IMG/VR virus record: IMGVR_UViG_3300021139_000005
Coordinates: 8,415-72,414 of that record
Length of the DNA: 64,000 bases
Source of the DNA: a virus
Reading direction: 5' to 3' (one strand)
Part shown: positions 38,938-47,992 of the stretch, in pieces
How the letters are laid out: each line of letters starts with the position of its first letter
How positions within the stretch are numbered: position 1 is the first letter of the stretch
The notes under the pieces: model-generated
Seen by the model: the letters and a program-made list of their open reading frames with translations, nothing else
Told to the model about the DNA's origin: nothing
The model's database searches: none
Program-made: the position numbers and the translations under genes

Positions 38938-39451
38938 GATCATAACTCATTTCGGGAAAGGCCTACAGCAGACTCCGTCCGGCCATTGGGCATATAACGG
39001 CCATGTGCTGTATAACTTCATTGCCTTACGTGGAATCAAGGGTCTTGAAATGCGCGGGGAGGCCGAAAGGTTTGCTTCTCAGTATTCAGAGGAACTCACA
39101 AACAAGCTCGTTGACATGGAGACGGCCATCTACAAGAGGGAGGTGGCAGAGTGTATTAAGCCGGGTATCCATCTTGAGCATTACCAGGTAGCTGCCCTTA
39201 TCAGCTTTGCCCACAGTATTGGTATCTCAAACTTCGCACATTGTGCTACGGTTAAGTGCATCAACGAGGGTAAATCCTTAGAGGTCGCAGCGGATTTTAT
39301 GCTACAGTGGGTGAAGGTCAATACACTCGGATTATCCCATAAAATGCTACTCAACAACAAAGAAACTTTAAAACTATCACCGGAACTCATCGGTAGAAGA
39401 AAGGCAGAGAAAAACCTGTTTTTGACAGGAATACTATCTTTGCCTTCGTGA
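38906..39451 (+). CDS. GH24 lysozyme-like protein, catalytic residues apparently lost
   Basis: [21 protein letters not shown] and [12 protein letters not shown] match the GH24 C-lobe; the N-terminal E-D-T triad region is degenerate. Confidence 0.75.
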   Translation: MRSASLEQAVKIITHFGKGLQQTPSGHWAYNGHVLYNFIALRGIKGLEMRGEAERFASQYSEELTNKLVDMETAIYKREVAECIKPGIHLEHYQVAALISFAHSIGISNFAHCATVKCINEGKSLEVAADFMLQWVKVNTLGLSHKMLLNNKETLKLSPELIGRRKAEKNLFLTGILSLPS

Positions 39452-41340
39452 AGCAGATAACATTCATCCTATTACTTATTACGGCTGCAATACAGGCGCA
39501 AAACATATCTGGAACGGTAACTGTGGTCAACGGTACCGCAACGCAGCAAACAAGCCCCAATCCAAGCCCTCTTTTAATTGTCAGAGGTACTAACCAGGTT
39601 CCACCTCCACAGGGTCAGTTTTCGAACGGTGCATGGTTCTATGATGCTAAGTTGAAATATTGGTATCAATTGTCAGGGGGAACAGGTGCTACTGGAGCAA
39701 CAGGGGCAGGTGCCACTGGAGCAACGGGATCAACCGGAGCTACAGGTGTTACGGGTCCAAGTGGTCAGGATGGCGCAACAGGCGCAACAGGCGCAGGCGG
39801 TGGAACAGGCACATCAGGACCAACTGGTAGTAGTGGACCTACCGGAGCATCAGGCCCGACAGGTAGCAGTGGCGCAACGGGAGCAAGCGGTAGCGGTGGA
39901 CCGTCAGGTGCAACGGGTGCAACAGGCCCCACCGGATTACAGGGTATTACCGGACCAACAGGAGTTACCGGCATTACAGGTACCACAGGCGCAACCGGCA
40001 TCACCGGCGCAACCGGATTACAAGGAGTTACGGGTGTTACCGGCCCAACCGGAGCAAATGGCAGCAATGGAACAAATGGGGCGACGGGCAGCACAGGCGC
40101 GACAGGAGCCACAGGAGCCACAGGAAGTAGCGCAAATAACTGGTTGCTTACAGGTAATACAGGCAATGTGTTTGGCACAAATTTTATTGGCAATAAAGAT
40201 TCAATAACCTTTCAAGCCATTGATAGCGGGATACCGGTTATTACCACGCAAGTTACCGGCAACCAATTTATAGGCATCGGCAAAAGGGCGGGGCAGAACA
40301 ATACAGGCGCAAATAATTTAGCTATTGGTAATTATGCAATGCGTTATAATCCCGGTGGAACAAACCTGATAGCCATAGGTAACAATGCGCTTGCTCAAAC
40401 AGCGTATAATACTCAAAACAACAACTACGATATTGCTATTGGTAATTACAACATGATTTTGTCGAACAATGAAAATTATGTTGTTAGTATCGGTTATGGA
40501 GCATTTAGCGGAACAAATCAGAATGCAAGTTTCAGCACCATCATAGGTGCGGGTGCTTTTAATGGTAACTTTGGTAATAATAACAACACACAAAATTGCG
40601 CTATTGGTTATGCAGCTTTACAAAATGGTGGCTATAATAATGTTGCTATTGGTTATTACTCCTTATGGAATGCCAGTGGCACATCTAGTAATATAGCCAT
40701 TGGTTCGGGCGCACTTGCGAACTCTGGTGGCTCTAATATCTGTATTGGCAATGCGGCAAACACAAGCACACAATTTCTTAATGGACAATATAATGTTATC
40801 ATAGGCAATTTAAGCAATGTAAGCAATTCATCGGGTAACAACTCTGTATCGGTCGGGTATAACTTATCTGTTCCTCCATCGGCAGTGGCTTTTGGTATGA
40901 CAAACGGCTTTAACGGCATGGGTGATACGCTGATATATATTAATACTCCAACGCATACCCTTTTATTCACGGATACGTTTGCTTACAAGTTGGCAGAATC
41001 AGCAGCAGATACCAATGTTGTAAACTATTTAAATCAAGTAAGGAGAGATGTAGCATTAACTGGGTCATTAGTATTAACAACAGCCTCTGGTGTAAATACT
41101 CTTTCAGTAAACTATTCATATTATGATAGAACTGGAGCATATAAAACAGGAACATTTAAATTAACAAATACATCAGGAATTACAACAACAGTAACTTCAG
41201 TTGCAGATACATATTCTTTTGGAATAGATGATATAGTTACTAATCCATTACCTATTGTAATAAGAGTATCATCGACAGGCGGCTCACCTACATATGATAT
41301 TTTTGCACGAATCACGAACATTACAACTACCAACAAATAG
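39448..41340 (+). CDS. Collagen-like fibre protein with Sec signal peptide
   Basis: [17 protein letters not shown]|Q, long GATGPTG repeat, [12 protein letters not shown], NxAIG repeats. Confidence 0.75.
   Translation: MKQITFILLLITAAIQAQNISGTVTVVNGTATQQTSPNPSPLLIVRGTNQVPPPQGQFSNGAWFYDAKLKYWYQLSGGTGATGATGAGATGATGSTGATGVTGPSGQDGATGATGAGGGTGTSGPTGSSGPTGASGPTGSSGATGASGSGGPSGATGATGPTGLQGITGPTGVTGITGTTGATGITGATGLQGVTGVTGPTGANGSNGTNGATGSTGATGATGATGSSANNWLLTGNTGNVFGTNFIGNKDSITFQAIDSGIPVITTQVTGNQFIGIGKRAGQNNTGANNLAIGNYAMRYNPGGTNLIAIGNNALAQTAYNTQNNNYDIAIGNYNMILSNNENYVVSIGYGAFSGTNQNASFSTIIGAGAFNGNFGNNNNTQNCAIGYAALQNGGYNNVAIGYYSLWNASGTSSNIAIGSGALANSGGSNICIGNAANTSTQFLNGQYNVIIGNLSNVSNSSGNNSVSVGYNLSVPPSAVAFGMTNGFNGMGDTLIYINTPTHTLLFTDTFAYKLAESAADTNVVNYLNQVRRDVALTGSLVLTTASGVNTLSVNYSYYDRTGAYKTGTFKLTNTSGITTTVTSVADTYSFGIDDIVTNPLPIVIRVSSTGGSPTYDIFARITNITTTNK
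39676..40130 (+). repeat. Collagen-like G-X-T coding repeats
   Basis: Roughly 150 codons of G-X-(T/S) triplets. Confidence 0.85.
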
Positions 41341-41342
41341 CC

Positions 41343-41720
41343 ATGAAAAAACTACTTTCAATATTACTGATATTTATAACAGCCACTTGTTACTCACAGG
41401 GACTAAAGATAACGGGTAAAACATTTACCAATAATAGCGACAGTTTAACCATTACGGCTATTTATGTGTATCCACTGCTTACCAACTATAACACATTTGA
41501 CAGCTCCTTTTCTATCTGTTTCCCTGCATTTTACAGAAGTGCATACGCGGCAAAAAATCAGTTACTGCCAACCGTTTCGTCCTTAGACATAAGGGCATGG
41601 GGCATTTCAATTAATAATTATCAGGGTAAAAGTTCTATTGGTATTCCAACCCCGGCTTATCTCAATTCAACAGTTACTACTTATTTGAATAGCTATGGTT
41701 TCACGGTAACGACTTTTTAA
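41343..41720 (+). CDS. Small secreted protein
   Basis: Signal peptide MKKLLSILLIFITATCYS|Q. Confidence 0.65.
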   Translation: MKKLLSILLIFITATCYSQGLKITGKTFTNNSDSLTITAIYVYPLLTNYNTFDSSFSICFPAFYRSAYAAKNQLLPTVSSLDIRAWGISINNYQGKSSIGIPTPAYLNSTVTTYLNSYGFTVTTF

Positions 41721-41731
41721 AATTAACGAGC

Positions 41732-42223
41732 ATGGCAACACAGATATCAAAGTATTTCTCGCTGGAAGAATTACTTGCAAGCAATACAGCAACTGCAAAA
41801 GGCATTACAGCCAATTTTAACCCGCCTGCATCGGTTGTGGCTAACCTTACAGCACTAGCAGTAAACGTCCTTGATGCTGTTCGTGAATTGATTGACATGC
41901 CACTGATGGATAGCAGTGGTTATCGTTGTCCTGAACTGAATTCTTATGAGGGAGGTATGCCTAATTCACAGCATCTTTTTGGAGAGGCTGCTGATATTTT
42001 CTGTGCGCTTACTCCTGATGAATTGTACGCTAAAATCAAGGCATCGGACATCGTTTTTGATGAACTCATCATTGAGCATGATAAAGAGGGTCATCGCTGG
42101 GTGCATATAAGCTACGATCCTAACAAGGTTTCTCAGCGCGGACTGTGCATGAAAGGTGAGCTACAACCTGGCGGTGGAACTGTTTGTGTAGCAGATGGCT
42201 ACGGAGCCTTTAAAAACGCATAA
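41732..42223 (+). CDS. Peptidase M15A-family endolysin (Zn D,D-peptidase fold)
   Basis: SGYRCPELN, SQHLFGEAAD, WVHIS. Confidence 0.9.
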   Translation: MATQISKYFSLEELLASNTATAKGITANFNPPASVVANLTALAVNVLDAVRELIDMPLMDSSGYRCPELNSYEGGMPNSQHLFGEAADIFCALTPDELYAKIKASDIVFDELIIEHDKEGHRWVHISYDPNKVSQRGLCMKGELQPGGGTVCVADGYGAFKNA

Positions 42224-42275
42224 CCATGCCTATAAACACCGATATAGAATTCATTGACTCAGTAAGCTAATAGCT

Positions 42276-42602
42276 ATGGAACTTGCGCCTTACGATAATG
42301 CGATAACAGAACTATTCACCTTCCTTCAGCCACTATCAGCGTCCTTTGTGGCGATGATAACGGATAGGTTGGCGGTTAATAAAGCGAGAAGAGAGCAACG
42401 TGCTCTTGACCGGCGTATTCGTAAGGTTCAGAAACAGGTTAAGTCCGAACTATTGCCGGGGTTGAGTATTGGCGATAATTCTCTGATGATTGCCAACAAG
42501 GTGAACATCGAGTTTGGCCAGCAGGGAGACACGAAAGAGATGCGCGTTGAAATCACGAACCAGTTCAATTGGGAGTTACTTCACCTTCCGATACCAGAAT
42601 AG
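42276..42602 (+). CDS. Hypothetical protein
   Basis: 108-aa ORF in operon context. Confidence 0.5.
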   Translation: MELAPYDNAITELFTFLQPLSASFVAMITDRLAVNKARREQRALDRRIRKVQKQVKSELLPGLSIGDNSLMIANKVNIEFGQQGDTKEMRVEITNQFNWELLHLPIPE

Positions 42603-42644
42603 TATTACTTTTGGCCATTCTTCAAAAACAAAAAATCATATACC

Positions 42645-43400
42645 ATGAACACAAGTTTGGATATCCAGAAAATTACCGATGCAGGCACCAAGATTTCCAT
42701 CTTCGGAGCACAGAAATTAGCGAAAGCATCTAAACAACCTGACCTGGTTGGAACGTTAACCAAGATAAAGGCGGCCATATCTCAGTTGAACGGAGAAGGA
42801 ACCGTAACCAAGGACCAACTGGTTACTGCTATCTTCCAGATACTATCTGCCGGCGCTGATCTGAGCAAGAGTCTTTATGTTCAGGACCTTGAGAGTCTGG
42901 CAAATCAATTGTATTTGATCGTTACTGGTGGAGGAGGAAACTTCGGCACCGTGTGGGCTGATATTCAGTTGCTGTATAACGGCAAGCTGAAAGGCCTTCC
43001 TTCTGCGGAACCAAACATTGAGGCTGATGCCCAGGCATTGGAAACCGGCTTGATCACTGTTTTGGGATACTTGCTGCAGAACCTGAAATTATCTGGCGCT
43101 GTTGAGGCTGATATTGCTTCTGTTGTTGCAGGCATTACTTCAGGAATAGACGCATTTGATGCTACGGTTGAGATTACTACTGATGTAGCGGTTGCTGCTC
43201 TGTATGAGGTATTAGAAGCTATCGCTGACCTTACCGGTAGCCATACCCCACTGGCAATTGAGCAATTGCTTCAGAAGATATATCAGATCATTGAGGGCAA
43301 CCAGAGCAACTTCGTGAAGTTCTTCCAGAGCATTGGAGTACAGATACAGGCAGCTATACTGGCCAAGAAAGCAGCAAAGGAGGCAAAGGCTGCACAATAA
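42645..43400 (+). CDS. Hypothetical amphipathic helical protein with a two-fold internal repeat
   Basis: Own promoter and terminator; repeated halves. Confidence 0.6.
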   Translation: MNTSLDIQKITDAGTKISIFGAQKLAKASKQPDLVGTLTKIKAAISQLNGEGTVTKDQLVTAIFQILSAGADLSKSLYVQDLESLANQLYLIVTGGGGNFGTVWADIQLLYNGKLKGLPSAEPNIEADAQALETGLITVLGYLLQNLKLSGAVEADIASVVAGITSGIDAFDATVEITTDVAVAALYEVLEAIADLTGSHTPLAIEQLLQKIYQIIEGNQSNFVKFFQSIGVQIQAAILAKKAAKEAKAAQ

Positions 43401-43420
43401 GTTTTTAGTGTGATTTAATG

Positions 43421-43456
43421 GTCCCGCGTAGTTTGGTGTGCTGCGCGGGATTTTTA
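43421..43456 (+). terminator. Intrinsic terminator
   Basis: tcccgcgtag/ctgcgcggga followed by a T-run. Confidence 0.75.
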
Positions 43457-43555
43457 TTTGTAAAAAAGGATTATTTTTGTTCTACAAGGGGATGAATACT
43501 ACGGTATATTCCAAGCACTAACGAGAGCCTCGGCCTCAACTAAAACAATAAACAC

Positions 43556-44128
43556 ATGCTACCAGCACAAGCATTTTTCAGCGGCCTTCAGGCTATAAGC
43601 TGTAACTCAGATTTTTATAACACCGCTGCACCTTGCTTGCAGGATTTCAATACCTGGCAGGTAGCGTCTATCGTTGCTGCGTATGGCAATGATATCAATG
43701 GCAACAAGGTAGGGGTGTTCCACTACGTTTACTCAGAACTCAAGAAGAAAGTAAACAGTGTATTGCAATTCCCGCGTCCTGACTTCAACAGCGATATCAC
43801 AGTTGCTGCGCTGAAGACATGGTTCGATGCTAACGTTCCAAACAACCAGTTAAGGCTGTATAAGAACCTGATATGCATCGACAAGAATCAGGCACAGTTA
43901 GCCAACATCAACGGGGCGAACTATTCGGACGTTCTGTTGAATGATCTGAAAGTTATGCGCCGGGAATATGATCCTACATGGGTTCAGCCAAGCACATCTC
44001 CAAATAATCCTACTGTTACACCGGCTACGCACATTTATGTGTATCAGGGTAATGAAACGGATTATAAGATTTTTACTTGCCTTGGCGACCAAACTTTTGC
44101 CGGAAACGGTTACTATGGTAACTATTAA
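43556..44128 (+). CDS. Hypothetical protein (possibly virion-associated)
   Basis: 190-aa ORF with late-gene-like composition. Confidence 0.55.
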   Translation: MLPAQAFFSGLQAISCNSDFYNTAAPCLQDFNTWQVASIVAAYGNDINGNKVGVFHYVYSELKKKVNSVLQFPRPDFNSDITVAALKTWFDANVPNNQLRLYKNLICIDKNQAQLANINGANYSDVLLNDLKVMRREYDPTWVQPSTSPNNPTVTPATHIYVYQGNETDYKIFTCLGDQTFAGNGYYGNY

Positions 44129-44147
44129 TTGATTATATTTGTCTTAT

Positions 44148-44237
44148 GATGTCCGCTAGCATCAGAAAGATATTTAACTTTTAAATTCCCTTATCGAAAG
44201 GTGTCTAGCGGCATCCGGAGGTAGGGGAATTTCTTTT
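44148..44237 (+). ncRNA. Candidate pseudoknotted leader RNA upstream of the HNH gene
   Basis: Two interleaved stems downstream of TATATTTG (44134-44141). Confidence 0.45.
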
Positions 44238-44238
44238 T

Positions 44239-44781
44239 ATGAAAACAATAACAGTTCATAGTAAAACTCATGGCATTTATCAAATTTTAGTAGACGATGA
44301 AGATTATAAAATAGTCTCTAAATACAAATGGTCAGTAATAAAACGAGAGCACACCCTTTATGCATTTACTAGTAAAAACATTGGGAACAAGAAAACACTG
44401 GGGATTACTATGCACCGTATGCTTATGGGAGATAGCGCAAAAAATATGCAGATAGACCATAAAGATGGAAATGGTCTTAATAATCAAAGAGGAAATATTA
44501 GATTGGCTACAATTAGCCAAAACGCTATGAATCGTAGAAAGCATAGATTAACTTCATCAAAGCACTATGGAGTAAGCAAAAAGACTCAAATAAAACACTT
44601 TAAAAGAGTTGACGGAGGTGTTACTACTGTAAAATATGAATGGTGGAGAGCTTCTATTACGATTGAAGGGAAGGTTGTTTCTAAAATGGGATTCAAATCC
44701 GAAGAAGATGCTGCTAAATGGAGAGATGAATTAGCAAAAAAGCATCACGGAGAATTTGCTAACTTAAACTTTAAAGATTAG
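44239..44781 (+). CDS. HNH-AP2 homing endonuclease
   Basis: MHRML..IDHKDGNGLNNQRGNIR, C-terminal AP2 domain (YGVS, WRASI, EEDAAKWRD..HGEFA); AT-rich. Confidence 0.9.
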   Translation: MKTITVHSKTHGIYQILVDDEDYKIVSKYKWSVIKREHTLYAFTSKNIGNKKTLGITMHRMLMGDSAKNMQIDHKDGNGLNNQRGNIRLATISQNAMNRRKHRLTSSKHYGVSKKTQIKHFKRVDGGVTTVKYEWWRASITIEGKVVSKMGFKSEEDAAKWRDELAKKHHGEFANLNFKD

Positions 44782-44804
44782 AATTTGGGGAATCTAAATG
44801 AAGC

Positions 44805-44834
44805 GGCCGTTCAAATGCGAACGGCCTTTTTTAT
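44805..44834. terminator. Terminator at the convergence of plus- and minus-strand blocks
   Basis: ggccgttc/gaacggcc followed by a T-run. Confidence 0.7.
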
Positions 44835-45107
44835 TTTATCTACCCTGGCAGATAGATTTGTGTCAACGGAGATAGCCTCCTTTATAACCTTCCTGTAATA
44901 GATGGCCATGTTCTTTCCTTTCCGGTTGAGGCATTCCCTTATTTCATCATTGGTCATGTCGGTAAACTCGCACAGTAATAGGGTCAGTACCTGTCTGGCC
45001 AGCATGAGGTCATCGTTCCTCCTTGGGCTGCGGAGTTCGTGCATGGTCAGGTTGAACTCCTTGCAGGTCTCGGCAACAACTCTTCGGTATACAGCGGACT
45101 CGGTCAT
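44811..45107 (-). CDS. DnaA C-terminal (domain IV)-like HTH protein
   Basis: EFNLTMHELRSPRRN..LMLARQV...EI...LNR. Confidence 0.8.
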   Translation of the reverse strand: MTESAVYRRVVAETCKEFNLTMHELRSPRRNDDLMLARQVLTLLLCEFTDMTNDEIRECLNRKGKNMAIYYRKVIKEAISVDTNLSARVDKIKKAVRI

Positions 45108-47278
45108 CAGTTGTGTATTAACAGGGTGCCGTTAACCTTTACCCATCTGTTCTTGCCGTATTCGTCGATCAGGCTGGAGAAGTACGTCCAATCGCTGCTG
45201 TGGCTCATATCGTGCCATCCTACCTTGCATGCAGCCTCTTTCCTTACCATTACCCCAGCACAGTCAATGTGGCCCAATTCGAGCTTTGTATCGATTGTTC
45301 CGTATGGGTGAACGATGTCGGTGCCATCAGGCTTTACCTGGTGAGTCTTGTAGTGGGTAACGAACTTGTCACAGTATACGGCAATGGTATCGTCCTTGAA
45401 TCCGCGTAGCATGGTATCGATGTAGGTAGGGACATGGTAGTTGTCTGCATTTGTAATTACGACGAAGTCAGCCTTAAATGTCCCTTGGTCGATTGCATCC
45501 AATGCCCACCTACGGAGAGGGTGTCCCCATTGCTCCTGCCGTTCATCAGTCTCAATAAACCGTATTCTGGGATCGTTGACGTGTGAGATAAAAGCAAACA
45601 GGTTTGTATCATTTGGCCCATCATGAATCAGCAACAACTGCCAGTTTTTATGAGTCTGGCACAACAGGGAAGAAACTATCTCAGGAAAGGTATTGTATAC
45701 CGGGCAAATGAAAGTGACCAGCTTGTCTTCATTGGGTTTGAATACGTCGTAGTGCTCATCGATGCGATGTTTTGTAGCCGGGTAATCTATATCGCACAGG
45801 TAGGACTCCTGTAGCTTGGATGGAATGATAGCGGTGAGTCCCATGGCCTCTATCTGCTGAAGAAGGTTATTCTTCTCCCCATGTTCAAATTCATAGCAGT
45901 CTTCCTTGGTAACTATTGGCGATGCCGGGAATGTTAGCCTCTTCGCTACGTCCATAGTGATGGCAAATCCTGTGGTACGGATGTGTGGTCGAACCTCGTT
46001 TGAGATATGCATGCATGAGATACCGACACCGGGTTTAAGTAGCTTGGCGCAGTAGTGCTCAACAAAGTCTTTGTGCATGGGCAGGCAGTCATCAGTACAC
46101 CACAGAATCATATCAAATCTTTCCGGCGTAATTTTACCATCACATAGGTCTTGGAAGGCCCCTATATCATAGCCTACATTGCCTCTTGTAACTACTTTCA
46201 CAGAGGGGTATTCCATGAATGGGAAGGCCTCCTTTATGTGGCTTGCAGAGTTTGAATTTACTAATACCATCAGGGCCGCAGTCAGGTTGTTGCTCTTGTC
46301 CCATGCCTTCAACCATAGCCTAACGTTTTCTACTCTGTCATAGACCATTACCACAACGAGGATTTTCTTCGCGTAAAGGACATCTCGCTGCGCTTGGGTT
46401 ACCGGACTCAGGTCATAATACCGGTCAGCCAGCGTAGCTTTCTTGGTAGCATCGAAGTGAAACTTCTGATTAATGCCGTATTGCGCTCTGTAATAGTCTG
46501 AGAGCTTGTTATAGAGCGATACTACCTCTGGAGCATGGTTTATATCTCCGGCCATAGAAAAGCCATTAAAACGATGCTGGATGTATGATTCGTCGATGGT
46601 CTCTGAAAATACCTGTAGGTAGATGGGGCGGTATGGCACTTTAAGAAGAGGATAGTTGTAATACATTAGAGCAGTATTGAAGCAGAACTCCTCGTTTACA
46701 AAACCTCTGAACAGGGTAACCATGTCTTTGTGTCCAAAGTATATCATTGCTCTTTGAAATATTCCACAGGCGGTATCGCTTCGTCTGAAGTATATCCATG
46801 AGGCATTGATGGCCGGCATCTTATCTGGTGAGATATTTCCTACAACCTTGGCTACTGCGATAGGATCACACCAGAACTGAACCTTATCCCTGTCGGCCTC
46901 CCCCTTTTCGTAATCAAAGGCAGCATGATAATAAGCCATAAAATCCTGTTCCTGTTCGAACCACGAGGTAAGGTCTTTTCCGGGTAGAATCAAGGTATCA
47001 GCATCTAGCATGATGCATTCATCGAACACATTCATGGATATGTCATATGCCTGTAGTTTTAGGAGGGATGCAAACTCCATAGGTGCCATATTACTGGTTA
47101 CAGATACATGGTAATCGAATATCCGTTCTACCCTGCTTTCTATTCCCTCAATAGCCGAGGGTGTGTGTACGAGCATTACCGGCCAGTTGCCGTTGCTCTT
47201 AATTGATAGGGCGCAGTTCAGCGCCATGTTGCCATAGGTAGGTGTGCCAGTGGCGATGATGATAAATCCTCTTTTCAT
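45107..47278 (-). CDS. Three-domain glycosyltransferase (GT-A folds)
   Basis: MLDADT (GT8-like); GNVGYDIGAF/CTDD; GT2 LVTFICPVYN..QTHKNWQLLLIHDG..TNADNY. Confidence 0.85.
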   Translation of the reverse strand: MKRGFIIIATGTPTYGNMALNCALSIKSNGNWPVMLVHTPSAIEGIESRVERIFDYHVSVTSNMAPMEFASLLKLQAYDISMNVFDECIMLDADTLILPGKDLTSWFEQEQDFMAYYHAAFDYEKGEADRDKVQFWCDPIAVAKVVGNISPDKMPAINASWIYFRRSDTACGIFQRAMIYFGHKDMVTLFRGFVNEEFCFNTALMYYNYPLLKVPYRPIYLQVFSETIDESYIQHRFNGFSMAGDINHAPEVVSLYNKLSDYYRAQYGINQKFHFDATKKATLADRYYDLSPVTQAQRDVLYAKKILVVVMVYDRVENVRLWLKAWDKSNNLTAALMVLVNSNSASHIKEAFPFMEYPSVKVVTRGNVGYDIGAFQDLCDGKITPERFDMILWCTDDCLPMHKDFVEHYCAKLLKPGVGISCMHISNEVRPHIRTTGFAITMDVAKRLTFPASPIVTKEDCYEFEHGEKNNLLQQIEAMGLTAIIPSKLQESYLCDIDYPATKHRIDEHYDVFKPNEDKLVTFICPVYNTFPEIVSSLLCQTHKNWQLLLIHDGPNDTNLFAFISHVNDPRIRFIETDERQEQWGHPLRRWALDAIDQGTFKADFVVITNADNYHVPTYIDTMLRGFKDDTIAVYCDKFVTHYKTHQVKPDGTDIVHPYGTIDTKLELGHIDCAGVMVRKEAACKVGWHDMSHSSDWTYFSSLIDEYGKNRWVKVNGTLLIHN

Positions 47279-47556
47279 AGTTTAATTATTGAGTTGTCGT
47301 TAAGGAATCTTTTTACTCCTGCGCCTTCTACAAATGGGATAGCATTGGCCTCTACATGATTTGCTATACCATCAGATAATTCATCTCTCATAAAATCAGG
47401 TGGACGAGTGCCATCTGAGGACATCTCGGCAATATCATCTATCGAAACATGAACAATAGGCCAGTATCTTGGTACTGACCAATACCGGTATTCTGCGGCA
47501 CACATCTGGATTTCTGTTTGCCTCCATTTTTCTAAAGTTTCTGATGAAATTCTCAT
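47275..47556 (-). CDS. Hypothetical protein with a terminase-N-terminus-like segment
   Basis: KWRQTEIQMCAAEYRYW; overlaps both neighbours. Confidence 0.5.
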   Translation of the reverse strand: MRISSETLEKWRQTEIQMCAAEYRYWSVPRYWPIVHVSIDDIAEMSSDGTRPPDFMRDELSDGIANHVEANAIPFVEGAGVKRFLNDNSIIKL

Positions 47557-47981
47557 GATATTATTTTTTGAATCAGGTTCTTCTTCTCAACTCCTTGCCT
47601 CTCATACGATGGTACAGGGAAAGGGAATCCGGGTTTATTCCACAGGGTAACGATTTGCGCGTTATCATCCTTGAAACTATCGTTCGGATACAGGGTGAAG
47701 ACATTGTCTCCTTCTCCATGCCAGAACATATTTCTTAAGGCCTTGAGCTCATCATGTGTTGGATAACGAGGTGGCCCAGGTCGTTGAACGGTAACTGCTA
47801 CCTGTTCAAAGAAGTCATGGTCTGAGACAACACAGATGAACATGACAGGGGATTTTACTGGTTTTTCATCCACATAAAGTATTTCTTGGCCGGCTATTCC
47901 AAAGACTCCGTTGTTGCCAAATGATGCGGTAGTTTTCAGGCCACCTTTTCTGATTCTTCTGTTTTCTGGTACTCTTAACAT
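47553..47981 (-). CDS. Conserved phage hypothetical protein
   Basis: GNNGVF...EQVAV...RYPTHDELKALRNMFW pattern recalled from small phage proteins. Confidence 0.55.
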   Translation of the reverse strand: MLRVPENRRIRKGGLKTTASFGNNGVFGIAGQEILYVDEKPVKSPVMFICVVSDHDFFEQVAVTVQRPGPPRYPTHDELKALRNMFWHGEGDNVFTLYPNDSFKDDNAQIVTLWNKPGFPFPVPSYERQGVEKKNLIQKIIS

Positions 47982-47992
47982 TGTTATGGTGT

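Noticed and set aside
39686-40207. Alternative-frame and antisense ORFs over the collagen repeats (also 11662-11984)
   Set aside because: By-products of G-X-T codon periodicity
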